Assembly: GCF_032191835.1 (NCBI RefSeq)
Contig: NC_083230.1
Coordinates: 24,428,001-24,492,000 of the forward strand
Length of the DNA stretch: 64,000 nucleotides
Direction of reading: 5' to 3'
Source: Heteronotia binoei
Taxonomy: Eukaryota
Made by a program: the position numbers and the translations under genes. Below, piece by piece: positions 48,336-61,731 of this stretch (the stretch's first letter is position 1; every line of letters starts with the position of its first letter). Below the pieces are notes generated by a model. It was not told where the DNA came from. It was given only the letters and a program-made list of their open reading frames with translations, and did no database searches.

Positions 48336-49743
48336 GTAAGTTTTTATTTGGAGGGCTCATATGTAGAACGTTGCCAGGATCAAGGTCTGAAATAAGTTTT
48401 GTGGCATCTTCAGGACAGGTAGATGAGATAGATATTCTTCAGTTCGTGCTTGTTTTCTCAGAAATAAATCCCAGGGACCTTATTCTCAAGTTAGCGTGTT
48501 TAATCTGGAAGCCTGAATTATTCTATTGGATAGCTTCTGCAGGAGAATACACATTCCAAAAGAAACAGGGAAGAAGCTCAGGAACCCAAACTTAATGAGC
48601 AAATTAAAATATGCAGGCTTGCATCAAACACAGAATTTTCATGAGTACAAGGAGGTGGGCAATGGGACCGGGCCCAATTGCCCTCCCCCTTTGAGCTACT
48701 TTCTGGGTCTTATAGATGGCTAGATGGCTGTTTCCTGCAATACCAAATAAGGAAATGCCTATCCTCAGAAGACTCTTAACTTTCCACTAGGTTTTTTTCT
48801 ATTCTGCCCTGTTAGCAATATGAATGCATGATAGTGCTGAATAGCTCTTACTGCCCATTTCATAAGGGTCTGGCTGCTTTCAGAAAGAGTTCTTGTAGCC
48901 ATTTTCATAAAGAGTATGTTTAAAATCATAAAAAAGGGCCAACTTAGAATAAATTCCGCAACAGATCCTAGCTACAATGTATTCCTTTACTTTTCAGTAG
49001 AGACCCGGGCACTTTCTGTGATACTTTCTTGAGATTTTTTTAAAAAATTATGTTATGTGTAAACAAATCCTCTTAGGCAGGATCACCAAATCAAATCAAA
49101 CCCAACGGTGGGCTCAGATACGCTGGCGATTTATTGTTGGGGGTGTTCTTGGCTCTTGTTAGGCCAGCCAGCAGAACGAGGTAATGCAAGAAATAATTAC
49201 ATTGCCCGTGGCACCTTCTGTTCATTGCTGGAGAGAGTAGAAATGTTCATGTACTGACAGCCTTTCCAAAACTTTTATTAAAATGAATCTGCCGTATCAA
49301 GAGAGGGCAGTGATGCTAAATTTTTGATATGCATCAAACGTTTGGCAAGATAGTTTACTTAGGCCCAGATTTGCTTATATTGGAGAGGTGTGTTTTCTCT
49401 GCCCATGTAAGCAGGTTGTTCTTTTATTATTACTGTAGAATTTCCTGCAAACGGAGATGTTCCCAAGGCAAATGAAAGGCTGTCTGCCAAGTAATAGTCG
49501 CAGCCGGTAAACAAAATGAAAATGCATTATAACTCCTTGTTTGGAAATAGTATAATAAGAATTAATGGCTGGTAGAAAAGAGAAGTATTTTGTGCCACTA
49601 CCAACATATTATTTAAACGATATGTGTTTGGTATTCGGGCGGGGTGTGTGTGTGTGTGTCACATGCGGTTTTTAAATGTTGGAAAAAATTTAGGCAAAGT
49701 GAATAGTTTTATCACGAAATCGCTTTCTGTTGTGTCTTTCTAG

Positions 49744-49858
49744 TCTGTTGCCCCAAAGTATATATATACTCCTCTGAATCATCTGAAAGGTGGTACTGTC
49801 GTCAACTTGTATGGTGTTGTGAAATTCTTCAAACCTCCATATGTAAGCAAAGGAACTG
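49744..49858 (+). CDS. POT1: POT1 coding exon 6 (start of OB1)
   Basis: [38 protein letters not shown] vs human [38 protein letters not shown]; 115 nt, donor CTG|GTAGGT. Confidence 0.97.
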
Positions 49859-50487
49859 GTAGGTATTACTGAACATAGAAAATTTAAAGTGGTTGAGTGA
49901 AAAAAGGGCTAGGATTGACTGAAACAGTTATGGCCCAAAATTAGGCTGCTATGCACTGATGATTCATGTAACATCCGCTAGTTGCTGGGATCCTTTCAAA
50001 GGGTGCTAAAATAGATAGACCTGAGGGGAGAAGATGGCTTGTAAGCACAAGTGCACTACTTTTAAAGACCTATCTAAAAGAAGACAGGTCATGTGACGTT
50101 TTCAAAAGATGTCTATGCTTTGGGGAGGTTTTAAGGCCCAATTTAGTAACAATCAGTCTGTATGGTTAAAAGATCATGAGCACATTGTGAGCTCATTTGG
50201 TTCTCCCCTCCCCCCTTTTTTTCTTAAGTTGTGACAAGCAAATCCTTCTTCCGTTTCATTCCTCTCATTTTGAAAACAGTAATATGTACCATTATTTTTG
50301 TTAGCTTCAAATGAAAAGTTAAACATTGGCTTAAACAGGCTGGTAAACTGTGCTTTGAAATGACCACTAAAATGCCTTTGCAGATAATACTGTAGAAAAT
50401 TTCCAAAATCAAAAGAATTCATAAACAAAATATTCTGGAGAAGAAAGATATTTGCAAGTCTTTGGAGGAAGATTCTAAGCTCTAATT

Positions 50488-51105
50488 CAAGGGTCGAACT
50501 CATTTGTTATGAGGGATGGATCTGACATAAATGAGATCTTGTTTGGCCAGGCCATGTGAACCTATTTAAGATTAGGTAGCAGAGATATAAACAGGACAGA
50601 GAGAAACAATTGCATATTTTTTTTAAAAAAAACTTTAAAAATGCTTAAAACATTAGCACATGTTGGTCTTAAAGCTGCTTTCTTTGTATTTCTTCCATTG
50701 GATCCAGGGAACTGGGCAAAGGAAGCTCTGGCTCTTTCCTTCCTTCCCCAGGGGATCGGGAGGGAGGAGCCTCAGCTAATAGACGGGAGAGAGGCTTGGC
50801 TCAGTAGCTGTGCTGTGTGATTGAGAGAGCCTGGCAAAGCAAGCTCCGCCTTCCCCCTTCCTTCCCAAGGGAGGAGCCTCAGCCATGGCAAAGCAAGCTC
50901 CGCCTTCCCCCTTCCTTCCCAAAGGAGGAGCCTCAGCCAATGGAGAAAATAGAGGTTTTGCTCTGTAGTTCCTGTGCGATTGAGCAAGCCTTGCAAAGCA
51001 AGCTGTTATGCAGAAGGAAGCAAAAGATAGGAAGAAGGAAGCAGATGATAGCCAGTTGCTTGAGGATGTGATAGGAGCCCCCGGGCTGCATGTTTGACAC
51101 TCCTG
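50488..51105. mobile_element. Non-autonomous hAT (relative of 31741-33810)
   Basis: Degenerate TIR CAAGGGTCGAAC / GTTTGACACTCCTG; TSD CTCTAATT/CTCTAACT; internal 54-bp tandem duplication at 50833-50940. Confidence 0.75.
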
Positions 51106-54100
51106 CTCTAACTGCATAGGAAATTGGGCATCTTAAGGTGATCCTTGTTGGAAAGATTTCCTAGTTGTGGGCCAGCAATGGAAAACAGCTTTATGTGTGC
51201 TTGCTCTTTGATACAGTTAGTGCGAAATTCAACATTTTGGAACATTTGTAATGACAACATGGGAGAGTTGTTACAGTAGATAAGCATCTTTCTTTTGTTT
51301 AAAATTTCCAGTGTCTAGGTTAAAGCACGATTACTCAGAACCAAGGAAAACAGTGGATAGTATTGGTTCCTTAAAAAAAAAAACTTGTGAGGGAGAAAGA
51401 GGGTAAGCTTGGGAAGCTTGAGGGTATATTTATGCTTACTGCTGCATAATTTGCAGAATGGTCTGTTGCTCAATGATGCTGTATCTTTAAGAAGTAATCT
51501 TTAAAAAGTAATGTATAAAGTTATTTGATGTTAACTGTTGTGAGAATCCTTTGCTTTATATTGGGGTCTCAGAAAGTACAGTGGAGTTACTTTGCATGTA
51601 GGTCTTGAAAAGTTCAGAAAGTTTAACAATCATCTGTAGGAAGAACTTTGAACATGAAGTTGCAGGAGTACTGAAACATGATTCTACATTCCTGTTACTA
51701 ACAATTATGAAATACAATAATTTGCATGCCTGATTTTTGCTGCATGAATGTAGCAATAAAAAGTAGTGTTAAGATTTAGTAAGTATGTGCAAATGCCAGT
51801 GTTCTATCCTATGCTTTTTTCTATTTCTGTCCTCCAAATTAAATTGAAAGTAAAATTAGTTAATGCTCTCAAACTGTATTGCAGTCATGAGTTTAGGAAT
51901 GGGACTAGTCCGCTATGGGTCATCTGTTTTTCAGTGGAATTAAATATGGCCTAGTGAATCATTCATGGGTGGCTTATTCTAACAGCAGGGTAAAAAAGAT
52001 TCTTCCAATAATGCTTTCAAAAATTTTAAAATGTCAACCTTTTAGTACTATAAAATAACATTCTCATAATGTGACAGGCAGACTGTAATAGGAAAGAACA
52101 TTCTTTTAATTTGCAGTTCTGGAAGAAGCAGAAATGCAGTTTTACTTAGACCTCCATTTCGTGCTAGAAGTGTCAAAAGAGACCATGGAAATTTATGCAG
52201 AAAATATAGTTTAGAGAGTACTAAAAGAGTGGAGTAAGTCAGGGGCTTGGTTTAATAGGAATGAAGAAAGGGAAGGGATTATGTTGTGGGGTGGAGATTG
52301 TGAGAATGTAGAGGATTTATTTCTAAAATTAAGCAGTAATTCTGTTCAAAATTACTATCTTCACAGCTCAAGATCTACCAAGCCAAACTCAGAGTACCAC
52401 TTGTGTGTTGTAACTTACGGGGGGCAGAGGAGAAACCCAGATTTATCAAGTCCTTATTGATGTGCTCACATGATTGGTGTAATACTTAGACTAGGTTTGA
52501 ATATTTGTAAGTCATCTTCCAGTAATAGGTCAGACGAGCTATTTGATCAATACAAATTGGTCTCCTTTCTATTCTATGAAATTCCATCAATCCGCATTTA
52601 CTTCCAGGAACTATTCACTTTGACTGTGATATCTCCCTCTTTGCCAAGTTCATATGCAACTGAAATTTTTATCATAGACAATCAGCTGGGATCCTCTTAA
52701 GGAACATGCAAAGAATGGAAATTTTAAAAAATAGTTTTTTTTTATGAACAGGTCTCACCTCCATATTCCTGCTATTCTTTCTTTCTAAATTCACTGAACT
52801 TTAAAGTTTGTAGAATGTCAGACTTGAACGAGACAAGTAAAACAAAATAAATAAAGGCATCTGAAACAGCACACAGTCGTGACGCATTAATATTGGCTAT
52901 TTTTTTTTAGTCCTTTATGTACAGCATTTACAATATATTTAGATTCTCATGGTTTATTGTCCTTTGATACTGAACTGTGCTGGGGCTGTAGAATGGAGAA
53001 AAATGCAATCTGTGCTACATTTTTAAGCTCTTAATTTTAATAGGGTTTTTTGTTCTCTTGAGAGAGCCATACGCAGCTGAAAGAATTATCATTTTCTATC
53101 CTTCAGTATATTGCTGTACGTGTGTTACTGAAGTTTTCAAATGTTACTTCTTGTGAGACAGATATCCTCCTCTTTCTTGTTCCTTGTAGCTGAAAAAAGA
53201 AGGGTGCAGGTTGTAGACAATGAATTGCTTGGAGAAAAGGCACTCATTTGAATATATTAAATGGAAATGTCGGGCAGACTACCTGCTATTAAGACACAGC
53301 TGAGGATGGAAAATATAGTCCATGCAATGACAATTTGATCCAGGCTGGACTCTGATAAGACAGCAGTAGTTATGGTTTCTGGTGTTCCTATTTCTCCTTT
53401 ACCTTCTATAGTGTTAAACCATGCAGGCTGTTTCAACCCATATGAATATAGGCAAATAATTTTGTAATGGATTGCAATTTATTGCTTTTTATGCCTGTTG
53501 GTGATTTTTGACTTTCTGAAATATTATGGTAGCATGATTTGATTTCAAGGTGTCATACGTTTGCAGCACTATTACATGAGCAGCTCATGTGCTTTAACCC
53601 AAGCGCCTTTGCATACTTAGAAGTTAGAACCACCAACAGTTCCCTTATCTGTCTTTTGTCTGAATTCTTTTGGTAAAGAAAGGTGCTTCATTATTGTTAG
53701 CAGTGCATTTAAGTTCTGTTACAAATACAAAATGCCATTCATATTGTCTGGTTTATGTTTCCCCACACTGAATGCTGTGAATGTCAAAGCATCAAACTGT
53801 TGATCTGGGATAAAGTATAACTATTTCGCCAGAGTATGAGTATTTGTGTGGCTGGTGTAGATTTCTTTGCTCCTGCTAGATAATTTGGAATGAGACTTGG
53901 GTAGCTGTTCATAGTTAAGGCTTGTCAGTTCCCTTATTACTGCTAAAGGCGAAGCAATCTTTTTTTCTAAAATTCTGTCTAGTGATACCACTGCCAACTA
54001 ATATTTGTGAGCCATTGATTGTTGAAATCTCCATTTGTCACGTATCTTTTTATGATTCTTCTTAACTCTTACTAATCTAACAAGCTCCGCTTAATTCAGA

Positions 54101-54299
54101 CAGAATTCCACCCCCACCCCCCATCATTTTAGTTGTTTTTCTGCATCTTCTCCAGCTTTTGACATGTAGCAACCAGAAATATAGTTAAGGCAAATGTGTA
54201 TGTACTATAAAACTTGTACATGATTCCTTCATAGAGAATTTCTCAAACTATATTTTACCTTTTATTTCTACTGCTTTAATATACTGGCCTGTTGTTTGT

Positions 54300-54530
54300 T
54301 GTTACTTTTTAATTTATGTACTCCATTTTTGTCCCCAGTGGAGACTCAAACTGACTTACAATATTCTCTCCATTTTATCCTCAGAACAGCCCTGTGAGGT
54401 AGGATAGGCAGAGAGAATGTGGCTGGCCCAAGTTCACAGCAGGCTTCCATGGCGGAATGGGAGTTGGAACTTCAGTCTCCCAGATTCTACTCTGTCATTT
54501 TAACCTCTACTACACCATGCTGGCTGTCTT
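54300..54530 (-). mobile_element. Old MIR/Squam3-like SINE remnant
   Basis: ATTTTATCCTCAGAACAGCCCTGTGAGGTAGG core. Confidence 0.5.
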
Positions 54531-55186
54531 GTTTACCTTCCCAATACTTTTATGTTCCCTGTTTTACATGCCTCTGTGAATAATTTCCTCTAGATTGCAG
54601 AGAATTCTACCCAGAAATCTTGATTTGCTACCCTTCATGTGACATTACCAACCTCTCTCTATCGCTTAGACCTAGAATTACTTAAGGCCACATAGGAAGC
54701 TAATGGAAGAGGCAATATTTGAACCAGGCTTCCTGATCAATGTCTTAGCCACTGTTCTGCACACTTAAAAACAACAATATATCTTCTGAAGATCGACAGC
54801 TTTACTTAGCGACTAGGTCTTGTGGAGAACCACTTTAGCAATAGGGATAAAAGTTGATAGGCTGGTGATCACATGACCGGTATCCTTCAAAGTGAGGTTT
54901 TTGCCCTGTAGCCATAGCTGCTGCATTGTTGCTTTAGTTAGTGTTTAGAAGGACAGATTTGACCCTAATCTAGAAGATTTGGCATGCAGTCTTGCATTCT
55001 GATGGGATTTACCCCATTGAAACAAAATGTTCATCTTTTTATTAAAATCTGGTTAACTCCAGCAGTTATAACTTGCAGGCTTATCACTCAGATTTAATAC
55101 TAACAGGTGCAAGTTAAAGCTTCCCTGTTATGAGATTCACTGGTTTAGACATGGTTAAACATATACTAAGGATAAGTTGAAAACTA

Positions 55187-55401
55187 CAGTTTGGTGTAGT
55201 GGTTAAGTGTGCGGACTCTTATCTGGGAGAACCGGGTTTGATTCCCCACTCCTCCACTTGCACCTGCTGGAATGGCCTTGGGTCAGCCATAGCTCTGGCA
55301 GAAGTTGTCCTTGAAGGTAAAGGAGATTGTGAGCCGCTCTGAGACTCTTCGGAGTGGAGGGCGGGATATAAATCCAATATCTTCTTCATCTTCTTCTTCT
55401 T
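55187..55401 (+). mobile_element. Squam3-like SINE with internal deletion
   Basis: Same family as 19498, lacking about 67 nt at about 55315. Confidence 0.85.
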
Positions 55402-55465
55402 TACAAAAAAATGAACAAAAACAATTACACTGAAGAACTCATTGGTTTTAGGTAGCCTTAGAAAA

Positions 55466-57013
55466 TAGGGGTGTGCAGAAAATAATCATTATTTTTAAAA
55501 TTTGAATGCACTGAATATTTGAATACCAAAATTTGAATACCAAAAATACTGGTATTTTGTGATATTTTTGAATTTATCCACTCAGCATTTAATGGGATGG
55601 TCCCTTCAAATGCATTTTGCAAGCCTTCCGGGTTCACTTGTGCGGTGGCTTGCAAAACACATTTAAAGGGACGGTCCCTTTAAATGTGTTCAGCTTCTCC
55701 TGCCTGGAGGGTTTAAACACAAGTTGGAGGGCAGGTAAAGGGACATCTGGGGAGGTCTAGCTTGCAGGGAGGATTTTGATGCACTTCCTCCCCTTATGCA
55801 CATGGACCCTAGGATCTCCCCCCACTCCCAGAGCCAGTCTGCATACAACTTGGAGGGTAGACAGAAGGACATACTGGTGAGGTCTGCTGCCACTCCTTCC
55901 CCTTTTGTACATCGATCCTAGAATCTCTCTCCCCCCCCCCCCCCAGCTAATCTGCACACAACTTGGAGGGCAGATAGAAGGTCACCCTGGCAAGTCCTGC
56001 TGCCAGCTTAATGCCTCTAGCTTGCATGGGAGGCATTCAACTCGATCCCTCTCCTTTGGCATATTGAACCAACCTTAGGATCTTCCCCCACCCCAAGTCA
56101 ATTTGCACTTAACTTAGAGGGATGGTTCTTTCAAATATGTTTTGCAAGATGTGGCGTGAGTGAATCCAGAAGGGCAAACCTGGCTTGCAAAATGTATTTA
56201 AAGGGAGTTGTCATACAACAGGGAACCGGGAAGGTCCTTCTACTGGCTGCCACCACTCTACTGACAGCCCAGAGCACCCACCCAACCCCTGTAACTTCCC
56301 TGTTAGAGAGGACCTTTTAACTGTGACCAAAGAGATGTGAGGACCCAGGCAGTTTAACAACAAAAAGTTTAATATAAGTGCTCTAGAACAACTGGTGGGT
56401 AGTAAAACATTTAGTGCAACAGTGAAATAAGAACCAGTAAAGGTTGGTGTAAATAAATAAAAAACATGACATGTCTGAGGAGGCATGCCCTTTCTCTAAT
56501 TCAAATCAGTTCACTCACTCTGGTTCACTCGAGTGAGGGAACCCACCTTCTCTCATGCAGTCTTTTCTAGAGAGAACATTACCTTGTCTGTGGGTTGGCC
56601 TTTTATTTTTTCCTCCCAGGTCCTACCTCTCCTTGGCCAGTTTTCCCTCCAAAATCTCTGTCATCCAATCAGAGGGACAGAAGAAATCCTGGAAGATGTA
56701 GACTCCTGTATCTACTCCTACACAGGCTTCTCCTTGCCTCTAGGCTGCACTAGGCCTCAGATCATGGCAGAAGTTTAAATGCATTAGACTTCTCCTGCCC
56801 TACAATTTAAACCATGAGCCAGAAGAAGCTGCAATTTGATATTGCTGTGCTAAGCTCAATAGAAACCAAATAATATCAGCTTTTATTGGGATTTTCTATA
56901 TTGGCAGCTGATTACAGATCAGAGAATCTGATTTGGCTTAGGAAATCCCTGAAATCCCCAATAAGATATTTTTCAGGTATTTATTCAGCTCGGTAAATAC
57001 TGAATGCACCTCC
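55466..57013. mobile_element. Large non-autonomous element with TAGGGGTGTGCA terminus
   Basis: Same left terminus as 2658; probable right end TGAATGCACCTCCA; degenerate tandem units of about 110 bp inside. Confidence 0.45.
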
Positions 57014-57139
57014 ATGTTAAATAGCCGCATCTTTGCTTAGCTAAAAGTGAGAAACAGCAAGTAAGAGAAGCCAAAAGCTCTGCTGATAAGAATGTTGCAA
57101 ATGGTTTTGAGTGAGGGCCATCTTTTGTGTAGAGGTATA

Positions 57140-57330
57140 TATCTGGCATAGTGTAGGAGGTAGAATGTCTGACTAAGGTTCTGAGAAACCTGGGTTAAAA
57201 TCCACACTTTTGCTGTGGAAGTGTTCTGGGTGACCTTACAATAGTCACATTGCCTCGGCCTAACCTACCTCATAGAGTGGTGGTTGTGAGAAAATGGAGG
57301 AGAGAACTATGTTCTTAGTTGCTTGGGATG
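57140..57330 (+). mobile_element. Old MIR/Squam3-like SINE remnant
   Basis: GGCATAGTGTAGG head, GGGTGACCTT core, CCTAACCTACCTCA. Confidence 0.5.
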
Positions 57331-59155
57331 TTGCACACAACCTGGGAGCCAAGCATGCTCTGCTGCCCAATTCAGAGCACAATTGGAGTCCTGTGAGAAA
57401 TGGAAATTGATTGATTAATTAATGAGATAGAGACTGTACAGAGCGATAAAGACCCTCAGGAGCCAACGGTTCTCTGAGGAATACAGGAAGTTCAGATCAT
57501 TTTATACATGAAATGACCTCACCTTAATTATGCAAAACAGTTATAATTGGTTCCTCAGGTGCCTGACCTGATGACCTGTCCCTGTTTTATTGGATAAGTC
57601 CCTCTCAGGTTACTTGAGTGAATGTGAAAATGTCTCTCTTGCATTTTTCAGAATTGCATTCTACAGTCTGATACAGAATATACAATTCTTTTAAAATGCA
57701 GATTTGTCTAGAAGTCCTTTGGCTTGCAAGTTCAAGATGTGACTTTGCAGATTCCAGATGGCACATTCCCTTGTCCTCTTCTTGCCTTTTGCGTGCCTCT
57801 TGAAATATCCTTTTGCTATGTAGCAGTTTCTGCAGCAAGAACAATGGCCCCTCAGGAGTGCTGGCTGCTGTCTTAACAATTTGTGTCAGGAAGCTAGTTT
57901 CAACAGCTGGAACTATACATGAAAATGAACTCTAATATAGAAATGCTGTGTGCCTAATCAATATGTCTCCCATATGATTTCTTGATGCACTTTTGGGTTA
58001 ATAGGTCAAGCTAAAATGTACAAATAAGTGGCTTCAGGGGAGCCAGCCCCTTTGGAGAGAGAAATATCAACAGAAATGTAACTATGCAGATTTTAGAAAT
58101 TGCCTCAGATTTGCTCCTTGGACTCTTTTTAAAAAATTCATATACTTAAGCCAAAGAAAAATGGTTGGATACTCAAAACGTTGTTCAAATGCAGACTGAA
58201 CATTGCCCTAAATTCAAATCTGAAACTGCAAAATCTTACATATGTTCCTTAGCTATACAATGTGCACCACTCAAAATAAGAAAGCGTTAGTGAACTAACC
58301 AAAAAGCTAAGACTGAATAAATATGATAAGCCTCACAACCTGCTCTTGTAGGTTGGTAGAAAGGCACATATGAATAAAATCTCAAATGCTGATTGCTATT
58401 GTCTTGAGATATAGGTTATAGTCTGTTGTGGAAGGGTTCACACAAACTGAGAATTGAGTACACATTCTGAAATTGGTGTAGCAGAGCTCATTGGTATGGC
58501 ACATAGATGGAGTAACATTCTGGGGAAAAATACTCACTGTATTTAATGAATAGAATCCATACTTTAGATTCATGCTACAATATTAACATTGAATTGGCTA
58601 ATGAAACAAAAGTTTTTCTGGCTGGGGACAAAAAATAAGAGAGACAATTATACTAAATAACTATTACTTTCAAAACTTCTTCTTGCTGCTTGAATCTGTC
58701 CAGTAGTTTATAACCCTTCTGATAGTTAAAAAAAATTAAAATTGAAGAGTTCTTAAACAAGCAATGCATAGATAATGTAAGCAAGTTGTTTTTCTTCTGA
58801 TGAACAATCTACAAGCATTAACATTAAAGCATCTGTCTAGCCAGATGCTATTGGTAGTTTTTTTTAATGTTTTGATTTATTTTGAAGCAGCTTCTGGCTT
58901 GTCCAAAATTTATTTTCATAAATTTCATAATCTCATTTTTAGCTTAATTTTTTTGTATTTGCATATAAGAGTATTGGATGTGCTTGTGTGTAGTTTAAAG
59001 TAGTGTCATGTTTTCCTTATTGCTAAAGAAGTGTTTTTTGTAGCAAGAGCAAACTGATTCAGGTTAGTATCTTCAACAGTGATTGCTACTCTGTCTGTGT
59101 ATACAAATGCATATTTGAATGCAAGAGAAAAATGTGGTTTTCCAAACCATGTATC

Positions 59156-59232
59156 CAGGACTTTTTTGTAGAACTCATTTGCATATTAGGCCACACCCCC
59201 TAATGTGCGTTCTTGCTCAAAAAAAAGCTCTG
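59156..59232. mobile_element. Minimal hAT MITE (77 bp)
   Basis: CAGGACTTTTTT...AAAAAAAAGCTCTG, perfect 8-bp TSD CATGTATC; shares TGCATATTAGGCCACAC with 62988. Confidence 0.8.
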
Positions 59233-59245
59233 CATGTATCTAATT

Positions 59246-60529
59246 AAGGGTTTCCCAAACTCCCCCTCCCCCCCCCCGTGACTCGGTTATTTTTACACTT
59301 CATGGCCCACTAAAATTTGGGGATGGAGCCAGGAAATTTTGGGGGTGGAGCCGGGAGACAGGAAATGATGCACAAACAAGCCTAAAACACTTGCAACATT
59401 TTGTTTAGGAAAGGTAGGAGAATAGTGGGATTTTGCAGTGCAATTTTAAAAATAAAACATCAAGAAAAAGCACAGGGATCACACAGCAGAAAACTAAAAA
59501 TATAAAATGCTCTCAGCCTGGGAAAACATGAAATGGTGGGGCATTTCAAGCTTCTCTCCCCACCCCTCAAGAAAGAAAGATGAAATGGCAGTGCTGGGGA
59601 AACATGAAATAGCAGGGCATTTCAAGCTTCTTCCCTCGCACCCCGCTGTACTCAGATTAGCAATGGCAAGGAAGGAAGGAAGGAGACAGGGGGAAAGACT
59701 GACTGACAGAGAGAAAGAGACAGAGGAAGGGGAGTGGGAAATAAACCAAATAGGGAAAAAAGACTGATAGAAAGAATGAATGAATGAATGAAAGGGAGGG
59801 AGGGGGGAGAGTTGGAAACAAATAGAAAAAGAAAAAAGAAAGGAAGGAAGGAAAAGGGAGGGAAGGAGTGAAAGAAAGGAGGGACAAAAGGAAGAAAGGA
59901 AAACAGAAGAAAGGAAAAGAAAAGAAAAATGGAACGGGAGCAACTTACCTTTTAAACTGCTGACTCTAGCCACTCTGCTGACCAGGGGGAAGTCAGGCCT
60001 AGTTTGCCCCCCCGCGCCTCCCCCTTGCAGCATCGTGCTTGCCCCTGTGCCTCCTCCCTCCCTTCCCAACCTCAGATCAATTTCAGGGTGTGTAAAGCCC
60101 CCCTCCCCCTCCTCCCACTGACCACTTCGTTGGTGGGGAAAGTGGCCCGTGCCGAGCACTGACTCATCACTCAGGCAGGCCAGCAGCAAATGGAAGGGAC
60201 AGCGTCCGAAAAGGGTGCCACGGCTGCTCCCGCCCCCACACTTCCTTCCCATCCATGAAGTGTGGGGAAGGGAGTAGCTGTGTAACCCTTTTCGGACGCC
60301 GTCCCTTTGATCTACCGCTGGCCTGCCTGAGTGATGAGTCAGCACTCGGCGCGCACCATTTTCCCCGCCACCAAGGTGGTTGGCGGGGAGAGGGGGATGG
60401 AGGGCTTTACACAGCCTGAAATTGGGTGGGAAAGTGAGTGTGGGGGAGGTCGGTGGGAGGCCTTACAACCTGGGATCGAGGCCTGTGAGGCCTGGTGCCG
60501 GCTCGCGACCCTGTCATTGGGAAACGCCA
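59246..60529. mobile_element. Non-autonomous hAT (1284 bp) with purine-rich interior
   Basis: Ends AAGGGTTTCCCAA / TTGGGAAACGCCA; perfect 8-bp TSD ATCTAATT. Confidence 0.75.
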
Positions 60530-61149
60530 ATCTAATTTATTACTTAAGTAGTGTAGATTAAAATGTATGCCACTTTCATCTGTTTTATAATGGTTCATCT
60601 AATGCACATAACAATAGATTAATTTGTAAATTGTATGTTTATATTATAGCAAAAGGAGCTCTAGTATAGCTATTCAGAACTTTTATTCCTGTAAACTGTC
60701 AATATATTAGTGTCATAAATTGGGTAACATAGACATTATATACGTTTAATTTAACCTATATACATTTAATTTAACCATTCATCCCCTCTATCAATTTATT
60801 TTTCACTTTCTGAACAACTGATATGCTGACTAATTCCAAGAGGCTACAGATTCATTCAGTTTGATACTTTCACCCACATATGTAAAACCTAAAAACTAAC
60901 AGAATCTCTAGTATAGTGTTAAAACTTTACTTGAGTAATATTTCTGAATTTTGCCTACAAATCAGCCTATGCAAAGATTAAAATTCAGGAATGCTTGTGC
61001 TCCCTGAGCCATATCAAAACATAACATTTACCATGTAAGTTGTTTACACCTAGGAGTAGGCTCTTTTTAGATGGAAAATGTGTGCAAATCACACTGATGT
61101 TTTAGATTTACAGTGAGATGCTTGTGAATTTTTACCTTTTTGTTCAGCA

Positions 61150-61731
61150 CTGGGCCAAGGGCACGTGACACCCTAGGCAGGTGCTGCCGGCCACTGCTCT
61201 ATTGCACCCCGCTGCCTGTGCCTCCTCAGCCAGCCCACCGCTATCGCCTGCCCCTCCTTTCCATTCGCTTCCCCCACACACAATCACAAAGCTCCATGCC
61301 TGGGCTGTACTGGCTGCAACCTGGCGTGTATCTTTTCATTCCAAGACCGCGCTGAAGGCTTCTCCAGCCCGTCCTTCAAAAGATAAGACACAAGCCATGC
61401 CATGGCCGGCAAGTCCCAGGCGTGGCACACTGTGATCGCGCGTGGGGGGGGGGGGGGTGGCGACGGGAAGGGAAAGAAGTGGCAGGCGGCAGTAGCTGCA
61501 GTGGCGGGCCAGTGGAGGAGGCACAGGCAGCGGGTGGCATGGCGAGGAGGGTGAGAAGGGAAGGGGAGGAGCAGGCGGGCACTGCACCTGGGGAGGGTTT
61601 GGTGGCCAGCGGGCAGAGGAGGCAGGCAAGCTAGGCGCTTGCCTGGGGCACGGGGGGAGCCCAATTTGTGCCCCCACCCTCCCTGTGCCCTAGGCAACCG
61701 CCTAGTTTGCCTAGTGGGCGAGCTGGCCCTG
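61150..61731. mobile_element. GC-rich hAT(Tip100)-like non-autonomous element
   Basis: Right end CCTAGGCAACCGCCTAGTTTGCCTAGTGGGCGAGCTGGCCCTG; left end approximate; no TSD. Confidence 0.5.

Noticed and set aside
52340-52420. TCACAGCTCAAGATCTAC superficially like POT1 FHRLKIQ (exon 7)
   Set aside because: No DYCSVVTIVD-like upstream sequence, wrong frame and no splice signals; exon 7 not found in the window
53170-53345. Strong acceptor (CTTGTTCCTTGTAG) suggesting a cryptic exon
   Set aside because: No convincing downstream donor, stops in frame, no POT1 similarity
59494-60345. 283-aa minus-strand ORF, the longest in the track
   Set aside because: Low-complexity F/S/L translation of a purine-rich tract inside a non-autonomous hAT
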